40,359 nt of DNA, from assembly GCA_963842525.1 (NCBI GenBank), contig CAWJGT010000010.1, positions 1 through 40,359 of the forward strand. Direction: 5' to 3'. The stretch is from an uncultured Holophagales bacterium (GTDB lineage Bacteria > Acidobacteriota > Thermoanaerobaculia > Multivoradales > UBA5704). The translations under genes were made by a program, and so were the position numbers. The notes under the pieces were generated by a model. The model was given only the letters and a program-made list of their open reading frames with translations, searched no databases and was not told the DNA's origin. Positions 1-10,962 of this stretch are shown in pieces; positions within the stretch are counted from its first letter, which is position 1, and each line of letters begins with the position of its first letter.

Positions 1-3000
1 TACATTCATGAGCTTGCACGCCGTATGGGCGAAGCCGATGCAGGGCTTGTCCCCATCCTTCTCCAGATGCGCTCTCTGGAAAAAGGCCGGAGCCTCGATG
101 CGCTCATCGGTCAACATTTCGGCCAGGAGAGGATGGATATTGCTATCGAAAAGTTCCGGTACATGCTGGAGCAGGGTCGGATCGTGCTCCTTTTCGACGG
201 CTTCGACGAGCTCGCGCTGCGGGTGACTTACAGCAGGGCGGCCGATCATTTTGAAACGCTCCTACAAGCGGCCGGCGGCAATGCCAAGGTTGTCCTCACC
301 AGCCGCCGGCAGCATTTCCTTTCAGAGACCCAGGTCAAGACCGCTCTTACCGGAAAGGTGGAATCCCTCCCCGGCCACCGACTCGCGATCCTTCAGCCTT
401 TCACCCGCGAGCAGGTCCGCCGTTTTCTGACTAAGTTCTTCGAGGGAGATGAAAAAAAGGCTGAATCCAGGCTGGATCTCGTCAACCGGGTCAAGGACCT
501 CCGAGGGCTTTCTTCCTACCCCCGGCTCCTGAGCTTTATTGCTGAGATCTCCGAAGAGGAACTCGTCCAGGCCTGTACCGCGGGAGGTGAGATCACCGCA
601 GCTACGATTTACGAGCTTCTCCTCAACCGTTGGCTGGTCCTTGAGTTTGATCGTGTCCATCCCAAAGGAGCCCCCCTGGGTCTCTCGGTCGAAGAACGCT
701 GGCAGGCCGTAACCCTGCTGGCCATGAGGCTCTGGCAAAAGACGGACCGCTCCGTGGATCTTTCCGAGATCTCAGAAGAGGCCGCGCGGGTGGTCAAGGC
801 CGTCGGGCCGACTGCCCTGGACTCGGAAGTGGCCGCTCAACAGGTAGGGTCAGGCACTCTGCTCGTCCGGGACGACGAAGGTAACTTCTCTTTTCTCCAC
901 CAGTCGATCCTGGAGTGGCTTGTTGCTAGGAGAGCAGCCGAGGCGCTCCAGAGTGGATCTGTTCCCGAAGCGCTCGCGGTACGGGAGATCTCTCCGCTCA
1001 TGGTCGACTTCTTCGCCAGCCTCGCCGGCCGTGAGCATGCAGTCGCCTGGGCGCGGGGCGTACTGGCGGGAACGGCAGGGGAAGTAGCAAAGAAAAACGC
1101 TCTGCTGGTCCTGGAGCGCCAGAGGGAGACGGTTCAGCAGGTGCTCCGCCTTGCCGGTCAAGATCTGCGTGGCAAGGACTTCTCGGGCCAAGACCTCTCC
1201 GGTGCCGACTTGAGCAGAGCAGATCTCACTGCCATCCGGCTGGTGGGGACCCGGCTGACTTCCGCAAAGCTGGTGAATGCTGTGCTCCGGGATGCGGACC
1301 TCTCCACAGCCCTGTTGGCGGGGGCCGACCTCACAGGTGCCGATCTCACCGGTGCCCGGCTGGTCGGAGCCGATCTGCGGGGGGCTCATCTGGTGAAGGC
1401 TAGCCTCCGGCATGCCAAGCTCCTGAGTACCGCGCTCGACATCGGGGCTCTGGCAGCAGCCGACACGTTTGGCGCCGCCTGGAGCGGCCTCGATGACCTT
1501 AGCGTACAGGTGCGTGCGAAGGGGGTATGTCGGGATGTCGCCTGGAGCCCGGATGGCGAACTCATCGCGAGCGGCCATGCCAATTCAGTCGTCGTCTGGA
1601 ATGTCAGCGATGGACGAGAGATCCGGGCCTTGGCGGGACACCAAGAAGCGGTTAGGAGCGTAGCCTTCAGCCCGGATGGCAAATTGCTCGCTAGCGCTTC
1701 CTCCGACAAAACCATCAGGCTTTGGAACGTCGACTCCGGAGCCGAAATCAATACCTTGACCGGACACCAGAACACAGTCAGGAGTGTGGCCTTCAGCCCG
1801 GATGGCAAATCGCTCGCTAGCGCTTCCTCCGACAAAACCGTCAGACTTTGGAACGTCGACTCCGGAGCCGAAATCAATACTTTGATCGGGCACCAAAAAC
1901 CGGTCAGGAGCGTGGCCTTCAGCCCGGACGGCAAATCGCTTGCCAGTGCTGCTGACGACAACACGGTCCGGCTTTGGCATGCCGACTCTGGGACCGGAAT
2001 CAATACCTTGACCCGACATCAAGACCGGGTGAGGAGCGTGGCCTTCAGTCCGGACGGCAAATTGCTCGCCAGTGCTTCCGACGACAATACCGTCCAACTT
2101 TGGGACGCTGATACCGGAGCCGAAATCAATAACTTGACGGGTCACCAAAAACCGGTCTGGAGCGTGACCTTCAGCCCGGACGGCAAAATCCTCGCTGGCG
2201 CTTCCTATGATAAGACTGTCCGGCTTTGGAACGCTGGCTCCGGGGTCGAAGCCGAAACGTTGGCCGGACATAAAGACTCGGTCTTGAGCGTGGCTTTTAG
2301 TCCGGACGGTAAGTCGATCGCCAGCTCTTCCTACGACAAAACCGTCCGCCTCTGGGACGCCCGCTCCGGAGCCGAAATCAAAACCTTGGTAGGACACCAA
2401 AATGCGGTCAGGGGGGTGGCTTTCAGCCCGAATGGCAAGTTGCTCGCCAGCGCTTCCGACGACAAAACCGTCCGCCTCTGGAATGCCCGCTCCGGAGTCG
2501 AAATCAAAACCTTGGCAGGACACCAAAACTGGGCCAGGAGCGTGGTCTTCAGCCCTGGCGGCAAGCTGCTCGCCAGCGCTTCCGACGACAAAACCGTCCG
2601 CCTCTGGAATGCCCGCTCCGGAGCCGAAATCAAAACCTTGGCAGGACACCAAAATGCGGTCTGGAGCGTGGGCTTCAGCCCTGATGGCAGGTCGATCGTC
2701 AGCGCTTCCGACGACAAAACCGTCCGCCTCTGGAATGCCCGCTCCGGAGCCGAAATTAAAACCTTGGCAGGACACCAAAACGCGGTCAGGAGCGCGACCT
2801 TCAGTCCTGGCGGCAGGCTGCTCGCCAGCGCTTCCGACGACAAGACCGTCCGCCTCTGGGACGTCTCTTCCGGAACCGAAATCAGGACCTTGGTCGGACA
2901 TCAGAACGCGGTCAGAAGTGTAGCCTTCAGCTCGGACAGCAAAACGCTCGCCAGCGCTTCCGACGATAAAACTGTCCGGCTCTGGCGCATTGACTCCGGC

Positions 3001-3528
3001 GTCGAAATCAAAACCTTGACCGGACACCAGAACGCGATCAGAAGTGTGGCCTTCAGTCCAGACGGCAAAACACTCGCCAGCGGATCCTACGACCAGTCCG
3101 TGCGCCTGTGGCAGGTCGACACCGGAAGTGAAATCAGGGCCTTGACAGGACACGAGTATGGAGTCTTGAGCGTGGCCTTCAGCCCCGACGGCAAGACTCT
3201 CGCCAGCGGGTCCTATGACGGGACGATCCGCATCTGGAACGTCGCGACCGGCCGCTGCCTGGCGGTCCTCCTTCCCCTCCCCGAAGGCTGGGTGGCCTTC
3301 TCCCCGGATGGCCGGTACAAATTCGGCGGCGTGCCGGCCGGGGGGTTCTGGCATGCGATCAGCCTCTGCCGGTTCGAGCCCGGCGAGCTCGACGAGTGGA
3401 TTCCCGGCTTGCGGCTGGCGGATGAGGCCTCGTTCTTCGACCTGCCGGCCTGGAAGCCGGAGGTGCGCCGCGTCAGCCCCGCGCCACCTCGCCGCGAAGC
3501 GCCCAGAGAAACGGCAGAGCCTTTGTGA
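1..3528 (+). CDS. NACHT NTPase + pentapeptide repeat + WD40 repeat protein (NLR-like), 5' truncated by the window
   Basis: Frame is open from base 1 (YIHELARRM...). Walker B LLFDGFDEL, sensor-like VVLTSR, FSFLHQSILEWLVA winged-helix motif, A(D/N)LxGA pentapeptides at about 1150-1440, then 14 WD40 units. Confidence 0.92.
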   Translation, partial: YIHELARRMGEADAGLVPILLQMRSLEKGRSLDALIGQHFGQERMDIAIEKFRYMLEQGRIVLLFDGFDELALRVTYSRAADHFETLLQAAGGNAKVVLTSRRQHFLSETQVKTALTGKVESLPGHRLAILQPFTREQVRRFLTKFFEGDEKKAESRLDLVNRVKDLRGLSSYPRLLSFIAEISEEELVQACTAGGEITAATIYELLLNRWLVLEFDRVHPKGAPLGLSVEERWQAVTLLAMRLWQKTDRSVDLSEISEEAARVVKAVGPTALDSEVAAQQVGSGTLLVRDDEGNFSFLHQSILEWLVARRAAEALQSGSVPEALAVREISPLMVDFFASLAGREHAVAWARGVLAGTAGEVAKKNALLVLERQRETVQQVLRLAGQDLRGKDFSGQDLSGADLSRADLTAIRLVGTRLTSAKLVNAVLRDADLSTALLAGADLTGADLTGARLVGADLRGAHLVKASLRHAKLLSTALDIGALAAADTFGAAWSGLDDLSVQVRAKGVCRDVAWSPDGELIASGHANSVVVWNVSDGREIRALAGHQEAVRSVAFSPDGKLLASASSDKTIRLWNVDSGAEINTLTGHQNTVRSVAFSPDGKSLASASSDKTVRLWNVDSGAEINTLIGHQKPVRSVAFSPDGKSLASAADDNTVRLWHADSGTGINTLTRHQDRVRSVAFSPDGKLLASASDDNTVQLWDADTGAEINNLTGHQKPVWSVTFSPDGKILAGASYDKTVRLWNAGSGVEAETLAGHKDSVLSVAFSPDGKSIASSSYDKTVRLWDARSGAEIKTLVGHQNAVRGVAFSPNGKLLASASDDKTVRLWNARSGVEIKTLAGHQNWARSVVFSPGGKLLASASDDKTVRLWNARSGAEIKTLAGHQNAVWSVGFSPDGRSIVSASDDKTVRLWNARSGAEIKTLAGHQNAVRSATFSPGGRLLASASDDKTVRLWDVSSGTEIRTLVGHQNAVRSVAFSSDSKTLASASDDKTVRLWRIDSGVEIKTLTGHQNAIRSVAFSPDGKTLASGSYDQSVRLWQVDTGSEIRALTGHEYGVLSVAFSPDGKTLASGSYDGTIRIWNVATGRCLAVLLPLPEGWVAFSPDGRYKFGGVPAGGFWHAISLCRFEPGELDEWIPGLRLADEASFFDLPAWKPEVRRVSPAPPRREAPRETAEPL
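1525..3255 (+). repeat. 14 tandem ~126-bp WD40-encoding repeats
   Basis: Unit GHQNAVRSVAFSPDGKxLASASDDKTVRLW. DNA blocks near 2461, 2587 and 2713 are almost identical. Confidence 0.93.
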
Positions 3529-3916
3529 TTTTGACTCCACCATGGACGCCACCGAGCGGATCGAAGTGCCGGTCGTAGGTGACGAGGTAGTCAGCTTGCC
3601 CGACGATCGCACACGCCAAGATGGGATCGTCGTCGGGATCGCCCGGAACCACGGGAAGCACGGTGTCGGCCGGAACCGTGATCCACTCCGCCAGCCTGGC
3701 GAGCAGCGCCAGGAAGTCCGTGACCCGCACTGGATCTATTTTGTTTTCCAAGAGCTTCTCCGCCAACTCATCGATCAGCGCGTCAGAAACGAGCAGAATG
3801 AATTCGCCGGCTTGCCAGCGTTGGAGTATCTCCTGGGTCGGGCTCGAAGGGCTGCGACTGAGGATTGCAGAAAGGAAAACGTTGGTGTCGAGCACGGCGC
3901 GCAGCCGCTCAATCAC
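3473..3916 (-). CDS. PIN-domain toxin (putative TA system, PIN_3 type)
   Basis: AVLDTNVFLSA ... DPDDDPILACA ... ADYLVTYD PIN motifs. GTG start overlaps the upstream gene's stop. Confidence 0.88.
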   Translation of the reverse strand: MIERLRAVLDTNVFLSAILSRSPSSPTQEILQRWQAGEFILLVSDALIDELAEKLLENKIDPVRVTDFLALLARLAEWITVPADTVLPVVPGDPDDDPILACAIVGQADYLVTYDRHFDPLGGVHGGVKITKALPFLWALRGEVARG

Positions 3917-4247
3917 CCGTCCAGTCCCCTTCGATGGCGGTGCCTTTGGCGATGGCTTCCTGCCGGATCTGCTCGCCGATCTCTGCGAAGCGGGCGACGA
4001 TCTGCGCTCTCGGCACGTCGTGCAGGAGGCGAGCCCTCTTTCGGGCGGTCTCCCGGATCGCCGCCGCCGACAGCGACCGTATGGGCTCGGGTGGCCGCTT
4101 TTCTTCCAGGAGATTCACGAGCTCGGCCACGAGCTGCAGGTCCTCTTCCGGAAAGCTCGACAGCTTGAGGGCAAGCTGTCCGATCACCTGAGGGGCTGCT
4201 GCGGGTTTGGAAGGCATCGAGGTCTCCGATCTCGCGTTCGGAGCCAT
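3909..4247 (-). CDS. Putative antitoxin / hypothetical protein coupled to the PIN gene
   Basis: Small helical ORF whose stop overlaps the PIN start (GTGATTGA). Start position is uncertain. Confidence 0.6.
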   Translation of the reverse strand: MAPNARSETSMPSKPAAAPQVIGQLALKLSSFPEEDLQLVAELVNLLEEKRPPEPIRSLSAAAIRETARKRARLLHDVPRAQIVARFAEIGEQIRQEAIAKGTAIEGDWTGD

Positions 4248-4311
4248 ATTACCCTATCGCCGCCAGGATGGCGGCAGTGGGGGATCAAGACCGGGGTCCC
4301 TGACCCTCCAT

Positions 4312-4339
4312 TTGACAACCCCGCCCTCCCTGCTATGAT
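4312..4339 (+). promoter_or_regulatory. Sigma-70 promoter of the suf operon
   Basis: TTGACA (4312-4317), 16-nt spacer, extended -10 TGcTATGAT (4331-4339). Confidence 0.75.
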
Positions 4340-4350
4340 GCGGGGGAATT

Positions 4351-4367
4351 AGGACCATTTGGGTCCT
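4351..4367. promoter_or_regulatory. Candidate Rrf2 (IscR/SufR-like) operator
   Basis: Palindrome AGGACC-ATTTG-GGTCCT just downstream of the -10. Resembles the GAC-N7-GTC core of IscR type 1 sites. Confidence 0.55.
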
Positions 4368-4403
4368 GTTTTCCTGAATGAGGGACTGAGAGGGCAGGGC
4401 AGC

Positions 4404-4892
4404 ATGATCCGCATCACCAAACAGACGGACTACGGGATCGTCCTCCTGACCCACCTCGCGGTCACGCCGGAGCGGTCTGTCAATGCTCCGGAGCTGGCTG
4501 CCGAGACGCGCCTGCCGTTGCCCATGGTGAGCAAGATCCTGAAGCTGCTGGTCCGGGAGGGCATCCTCCTGTCGCACCGCGGCGTCAAGGGCGGCTACAG
4601 CCTGGGGCGGTCGCCGGAGGAGATCTCCATGGCGGAGGTCGTGACGGCCCTCGAAGGGCCGATCGCCATCACCGAGTGCATCGACGAGGGCGGCGACTGC
4701 TCGCACGAGCCGTTCTGCGCGGTGCGCGGACGCTGGCACCGGATCAACCAGGCGCTGCGGGAGGCGCTGGCCGCGATCACCCTGGCGGAGATGGCGCATC
4801 CGCCCCAGATCCAGAAGCTGGTCACCCTGGGCCGCGGTATTTCCGTACCAGCGCCCGCTCCGGCCCGCGAAGCCGAGCCGGTTCACAGTTGA
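4404..4892 (+). CDS. Rrf2-family SUF Fe-S cluster assembly regulator
   Basis: [22 protein letters not shown] wing, and three Cys (EC..DC..FC) as Fe-S ligands. First gene of the suf operon. Confidence 0.92.
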   Translation: MIRITKQTDYGIVLLTHLAVTPERSVNAPELAAETRLPLPMVSKILKLLVREGILLSHRGVKGGYSLGRSPEEISMAEVVTALEGPIAITECIDEGGDCSHEPFCAVRGRWHRINQALREALAAITLAEMAHPPQIQKLVTLGRGISVPAPAPAREAEPVHS

Positions 4893-4911
4893 GACGAAAG
4901 AAATAAGACCT

Positions 4912-6360
4912 ATGGAAACCGCAACCAGCACCATCGAGCAGTTCGCGACCCAGGAATACAAGTTCGGCTTCATCACCGATATCGAGCAGGAGACCGCTCC
5001 GCCCGGGCTCAACGAGGACGTGGTCCGCCTGATCTCGGGCAAGAAGGAAGAGCCGGAGTGGATGCTCGAGTGGCGGCTCAAGGCCTACCGGCACTGGCTC
5101 ACCATGAAGGAGCCGACCTGGGCCAACATCCACTACCCGCCGATCGACTACCAGTCTATCATCTACTGGGCCGCCCCCAGGAAGCGGGGCGACGGGCCGA
5201 AGAGCCTCGACGAGGTGGATCCCGAGATCCTCAAGACCTACGAGAAGCTGGGCATCCCGCTGCGCGAGCGCGAGATCCTCGCCGGCGTGGCGGTGGACGC
5301 CGTCTTCGACAGCGTCTCGGTGGCCACCACGTTCAAGGGGAAGCTCGCCGAGATGGGCATCATCTTCTGCTCCTTCTCCGAGGCGGTGCGCAACCACCCG
5401 GACCTGGTGCGCAAGTACCTCGGCTCGGTCGTCCCCTACACGGACAACTTCTTCGCCACGCTCAACTCGGCGGTCTTCTCGGACGGCTCGTTCGTCTACG
5501 TGCCCAAGGGGGTGCGCTGCCCGATGGAGCTGTCGACCTACTTCCGGATCAACGCCCGCAACTCGGGGCAGTTCGAGCGCACGCTGATCATCGCCGACGA
5601 GGGGGCCTACGTCTCCTACCTCGAAGGGTGCACGGCGCCGATGCGCGACGAGAACCAGCTCCATGCGGCGGTGGTCGAGCTCGTGGCTCTGAAGGATGCC
5701 ACGATCAAGTACTCGACGGTCCAGAACTGGTATCCGGGCGACGAGAACGGCAAGGGCGGCATCTTCAACTTCGTCACCAAGCGCGGCAAGTGCGAGGGGG
5801 CGAAGTCGAAGATCTCCTGGACGCAGGTCGAGACCGGCTCTGCGATCACCTGGAAGTACCCGAGCGTGATCCTCAAGGGCGACGGCTCGGTCGGCGAGTT
5901 CTATTCGGTCGCCCTGACCAAGGCGCGGCAGCAGGCCGACACCGGGACCAAGATGATCCACATCGGCAAGAACACCACGAGCACGATCGTGGCCAAGGGC
6001 ATTTCGGCGGGCCACGGGCAGAACACCTACCGCGGCGCGGTCAAGATCCTCAAGGGGGCCGACGGCGCGCGCAACTTCTCGCAGTGCGACTCCATGCTCA
6101 TCGGCGACCAGTGCGGCGCCCACACGTTCCCCTACATCGACGTGCAGAACCCGACCGCCCGCATGGAGCACGAGGCCACGACCTCGAAGATCGGCGAAGA
6201 CCAGATCTTCTACTGCAACCAGCGGGGGATCGCCACCGAGGACGCCGTGTCCATGATCGTCAACGGCTTCTGCAAGGAGGTCTTCCGGGAGCTGCCGATG
6301 GAGTTCGCCGTCGAGGCCCAGAAGCTTCTCGCGGTCAATCTGGAGGGGAGCGTCGGCTGA
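4912..6360 (+). CDS. sufB: Fe-S cluster assembly protein SufB
   Basis: [41 protein letters not shown]. Confidence 0.97.
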   Translation: METATSTIEQFATQEYKFGFITDIEQETAPPGLNEDVVRLISGKKEEPEWMLEWRLKAYRHWLTMKEPTWANIHYPPIDYQSIIYWAAPRKRGDGPKSLDEVDPEILKTYEKLGIPLREREILAGVAVDAVFDSVSVATTFKGKLAEMGIIFCSFSEAVRNHPDLVRKYLGSVVPYTDNFFATLNSAVFSDGSFVYVPKGVRCPMELSTYFRINARNSGQFERTLIIADEGAYVSYLEGCTAPMRDENQLHAAVVELVALKDATIKYSTVQNWYPGDENGKGGIFNFVTKRGKCEGAKSKISWTQVETGSAITWKYPSVILKGDGSVGEFYSVALTKARQQADTGTKMIHIGKNTTSTIVAKGISAGHGQNTYRGAVKILKGADGARNFSQCDSMLIGDQCGAHTFPYIDVQNPTARMEHEATTSKIGEDQIFYCNQRGIATEDAVSMIVNGFCKEVFRELPMEFAVEAQKLLAVNLEGSVG

Positions 6361-6422
6361 TTCGCAGATCGCCCCGACGTGAGCCAAATTTACAATTCGC
6401 ATTGGAAGAGAGAGCCAAGGCA

Positions 6423-7214
<792 letters not shown>

Positions 7215-7222
7215 GCGGGGGG

Positions 7223-8596
7223 ATGGGCATGGAGACGATGACGACGACGGAAATCCCCCTGGAGGTGCGGGAGCAGGAGTCCGTGGCCCTCTGGCAGGCC
7301 GGTTTCGAGCGGTTCCAGCGCGAGCTGCCCGCCGGCGAGCCGGCCGCGGTCCGTGCCCTGCGCCGGCTGGGCATCGAGCGCTTCGCCGCCCTCGGCTTCC
7401 CGACCCTGAAGCAGGAAGCCTGGCGGCTCTTCAACGTGGCGCCGATCGCCCGCCGCACCTACGAGCTGTCAACGGGCGACGGGGACAGGATCACTTCGGT
7501 CGAGCTTGCGCCCTTTCTCTTCGACACGGCCGCGCGGCTGGTCTTCGTGGACGGCCGCTTCTCGGCCCGTCTGTCGCAGGTCGGCGCTCTGCCTCCCGGC
7601 GTGATCGCCGGCAGCCTCGCCAAGGCGCTCCTGCGTCATCCGGACAAGCTGGAGCCGTGGCTCGGCCGGATCGCAAAGGTCGGAGACCATCCGTTCGTGG
7701 CGCTCAACACGGCGTTCCTGCGCGACGGCGCCTTCGTCTGGGTGCCCCGCGGCACCGTGGTCGAGGCACCGATCCATCTGCTGTTCCTCTCCTCGGACAA
7801 TGAGGGCCGCGCGACCGCCTCGCTGCCGCGCAACCTCTTCGTGGTGGGCGAGAACAGCCAGGTCAAGCTGGTCGAGACCTACGCGGGCACCGGCACCTAC
7901 TTCAACTGTCCGGTCACCGAGCTGGCCGCGGGGTCGGGCTCGGTGGTCGACCACTACAAGGTGCAGCGGGAGAGCCGCGATGCCTTCCATGTCGCGACCT
8001 TCCAGGTGCTGGCGGAGCGCGCCTGCGCCCCGTCCTCGCATTCGATCTCGATCGGCGGCGGCTTGGTGCGCAACGACGTCAACGCGGTGCTCGACGGCGA
8101 GGGGATCGACTGCATCCTGAACGGCCTCTACCTGGCCGAGGGGCGGCAGGTCGTGGACAACCACATGCGGGTGGAGCACGCCAAGGCCCACTGCGCGAGC
8201 CACGAGCTCTACAAGGGGGTCCTGGACGGCCACGGGCGGGCGGTCTTCGACGGCCTGATCCACGTCCATCCGGGCGCCCAGAAGACGGATGCCAAGCAGT
8301 CGAACCGCAACCTGCTACTGTCGCCGAACGCGATCGCCAACTCCAACCCGCGCCTGGAGATCTTCGCCGACGACGTCAAGTGCACCCACGGCTCGACGGT
8401 GGGCCAGCTCGACGACGACGCGGTCTTCTATCTCCGCTCGCGCGGCATCGGCGAGGAGGCGGCGCGCAGCCTGCTGACCTACGCCTTCGCCAGCGACATC
8501 GTGGAACGGATCAAGGTCGAGCCGGTGCGGCGAGACCTCGAAGAGTTCCTCTTCGCCCGCCTGCCCCAGGGCGAGGTGGTGCGGCAGGCGGTGTAG
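7223..8596 (+). CDS. sufD: Fe-S cluster assembly protein SufD
   Basis: AQKTDAKQSNRNLLLS, PRLEIFADDVKCTHGSTVG, FYLRSRGI. Confidence 0.95.
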   Translation: MGMETMTTTEIPLEVREQESVALWQAGFERFQRELPAGEPAAVRALRRLGIERFAALGFPTLKQEAWRLFNVAPIARRTYELSTGDGDRITSVELAPFLFDTAARLVFVDGRFSARLSQVGALPPGVIAGSLAKALLRHPDKLEPWLGRIAKVGDHPFVALNTAFLRDGAFVWVPRGTVVEAPIHLLFLSSDNEGRATASLPRNLFVVGENSQVKLVETYAGTGTYFNCPVTELAAGSGSVVDHYKVQRESRDAFHVATFQVLAERACAPSSHSISIGGGLVRNDVNAVLDGEGIDCILNGLYLAEGRQVVDNHMRVEHAKAHCASHELYKGVLDGHGRAVFDGLIHVHPGAQKTDAKQSNRNLLLSPNAIANSNPRLEIFADDVKCTHGSTVGQLDDDAVFYLRSRGIGEEAARSLLTYAFASDIVERIKVEPVRRDLEEFLFARLPQGEVVRQAV

Positions 8597-8608
8597 GGGA
8601 GAAGGGAA

Positions 8609-8744
8609 CCCTCACCCCCCTGGCCCCCTCTCCCATCCGCCCTCCCTGACACCCGGGAGAGGGGGGAAGGAAAGCGGATAAGGTCATGGCTCCCCTCTCC
8701 CGGTGGGCTGGGAGTGCGGATGGGAGAGGGGCCGGGGGTGAGGG
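8609..8744. repeat. REP-like palindrome doublet, family A (CCCTCACCCC..CCCTCTCCC..GGGAGAGGG)
   Basis: Two inverted units (about 8609-8666 and 8692-8744) between sufD and sufS. Confidence 0.8.
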
Positions 8745-8764
8745 GTCCGAACGCGAGATCGATC

Positions 8765-10034
8765 ATGGCCATCGCCGACAAGCTGAGCCCTCCGGTTCCA
8801 GCCCCTGCATTCGACCTCGAAGGGGTGCGGGAGGAATTCCCGATCCTCGCCCGCCAGGTCAACGGCCACTCGCTCGTCTACCTCGACAACGCGGCGAGCA
8901 CCCAGAAGCCGCGGGCGGTCATCGAGGCCCTCACCCGCTTCTACGAGGAGTCCTACGCCAACGTCGAGCGCGGGGTGCACACCCTGTCGATGAGCGCCAC
9001 CGAGGCCCGCGAGCAGGCGCGCCGGACGGTGCAGCGCTTCCTCGGGGCGGAGCGGCCGGAGGAGGTAGTCTTCCTCCGCGGCACCACCGAGGCGATCAAC
9101 CTCGTGGCCTGGAGCTGGGGGCGGACGAATGTCGGTCCGGGAGACGAGGTCCTCGTCACCGAGCTCGAGCACCACTCGAACATCGTCCCCTGGCAGATGC
9201 TCTGCGAAGAGCGCGGGGCGACGCTCAAGGTCGCGCCGATCGATAGCCGGGGCGATCTGGCTCTGGAGGAGCTGGAGCAGCTCCTCTCCGATCGGACCCG
9301 AATCGTGGCCGTCGGTCACGTGTTCGAACGCCCTCGGCACGATCAATCCCATCCGCGAGATCGCCACGCTGGCGCACCGGCGGGGGGCCCTCGTCCTGGT
9401 GGACGGCGCCCAGGGGGTGCCGCATCTCCATGTCGACGTACGGGAGCTCGGCTGCGACTTCTACGCCTTCTCCGGCCACAAGGTCTATGGGCCGAGCGGG
9501 ATCGGCGTCCTCTGGGGACGGTCCGAGCTGCTGGCGGCGATGCCCCCGTGGCAGGGCGGCGGCGGCATGATCCGGCTGGTGACGTTCGAGAAGAGCACGT
9601 ACGCCGACCCGCCCCACCGCTTCGAGGCGGGGACCCCCTTCATCGAAGGGGCGGTCGGCCTCGCGGCGGCCCTCGACTGGATGTCCGCCGTCGGCCTGCC
9701 GGCCATCGCCGCCTGGGAGTCGGAGCTCCTGGAGCTGGCGACCGAGCGCCTCGCCGAGATCCCCGGCCTGCGGCTCCTCGGCACCGCCGGCCACAAGGCG
9801 GCCGTCCTCTCCTTTGTGATGGACGGCATCCACCCGCACGACGTCGGGACGATCCTCGACGGCCAGGGGATCGCGGTGCGCGCCGGCCACCACTGCGCCC
9901 AGCCCCTGATGCGGCGCCTCGGCGTGCCGGCGACCACCCGCGCCTCGTTCGCGGCCTACAACACGCCGCAGGAGGTGGACGCCCTCGCGGCCGGCCTGCT
10001 CCGCGCGCGGGAGATCTTCGGGGCCGGCCGATGA
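8765..10034 (+). CDS. sufS: Cysteine desulfurase SufS (apparent +1 frameshift at ~9323)
   Basis: YLDNAASTQKP, EHHSNIVPW, then in the next frame SNALGTINP, DGAQ, SGHK (PLP lysine), RAGHHCA. An extra T gives CACGTGTTCGAAC for HVSN. Confidence 0.93.
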
Positions 10035-10477
10035 ACGAGCTGCGCGACCTCTACCAGGAGGTCATCCTCGACCACAACCGGCGTCCCCGCAACTTCGGGG
10101 CGCTGCCGAACGCCAACCGCGAGGCCGAGGGACACAACCCGCTCTGCGGCGACCGCGTGGTCGTCCATCTCCACGTGGAGGGTGACCGCGTCGAGGGCAT
10201 CTCGTTCGAGGGCACGGGCTGCGCCATCTCGACCGCCTCGGCCTCCCTGATGACCGAGGCCCTGAAGGGCAGGACGGTCGAGGAGGCACGGCGGCTCTTC
10301 CACGGTTTCCACGACTTCGTCACCAAGGGGACGGGCGAAGACCCCGAGACGCTGGGCAAGCTCGCCGTCTTCTCCGGCGTCCGCGAGTACCCGATGCGGG
10401 TCAAGTGCGCCACCCTCGCCTGGCACACCTTCCAGGCCGCGCTCGACCAGAAGGACGACTCCGTCTCCACCGAATAA
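10031..10477 (+). CDS. sufU: SufU/NifU-family Fe-S assembly protein
   Basis: LYQEVILDH, NPLCGD, GCAISTASAS, RVKCATLAW. ATGA overlap with sufS. Confidence 0.95.
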   Translation: MNELRDLYQEVILDHNRRPRNFGALPNANREAEGHNPLCGDRVVVHLHVEGDRVEGISFEGTGCAISTASASLMTEALKGRTVEEARRLFHGFHDFVTKGTGEDPETLGKLAVFSGVREYPMRVKCATLAWHTFQAALDQKDDSVSTE

Positions 10478-10501
10478 GAACCTTGCCCAGGAGGGCCCAT
10501 C

Positions 10502-10888
10502 ATGCCGGAACCGACTCCAGAAACTGCCGCCCCTTCCCTTGAAGCCGAGGCTTCTCAGCCTTCTGAGAGCACCCCGTTCGATCCCACCGGGGTCGAAGAG
10601 CGTATCGTCGAGGCGCTGAAGACCGTCTTCGACCCGGAGATCCCGGTCAACATCTACGAGCTGGGGCTGATCTACGACCTCGAGGTTCTGGAGGCCGGCG
10701 ACGTCAACATCAAGATGACCCTCACCTCGCCGGCGTGCCCGGTGGCGGGATCGCTGCCCGGAGAGGTGCAAAGAAAAGTGGCCGGGGTGTCCGGCGTCGC
10801 CGCTGTCGACGTCGAGCTGGTCTGGGATCCCGCATGGAACCCGTCGATGATGTCGGAGGCGGCACGCCTCCAGCTAGGGATGTTCTGA
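10502..10888 (+). CDS. sufT: DUF59 / SufT-like Fe-S assembly protein
   Basis: DPEIPVNIYELGLIY, MTLTSPACP, WDPAW...MSEAARLQLG. Confidence 0.9.
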   Translation: MPEPTPETAAPSLEAEASQPSESTPFDPTGVEERIVEALKTVFDPEIPVNIYELGLIYDLEVLEAGDVNIKMTLTSPACPVAGSLPGEVQRKVAGVSGVAAVDVELVWDPAWNPSMMSEAARLQLGMF

Positions 10889-10962
10889 TCGCGGCACCTG
10901 GCGCTTTCCGAAAGGAGTGATAAAGTTCCGTGCATCGAGCCGGCCATGCCGGTCCAACTGCC

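Noticed and set aside
1525-3255. Diversity-generating retroelement acting on the WD40 repeats or on the lepA duplicate
   Set aside because: No reverse transcriptase in the window, and differences are not adenine-specific.
1585-3612. Long antisense or alternate-frame ORFs (e.g. 1585-3612, 4822-6423, 11318-13576, 16225-18087, 18553-20169, 25783-27495)
   Set aside because: Shadow ORFs expected from high GC3 content opposite well-supported genes, with no recognisable motifs.
8714-10477. 587-aa SufS-SufU fusion ORF
   Set aside because: Artefact of the sufS frameshift reading through into the sufU frame.
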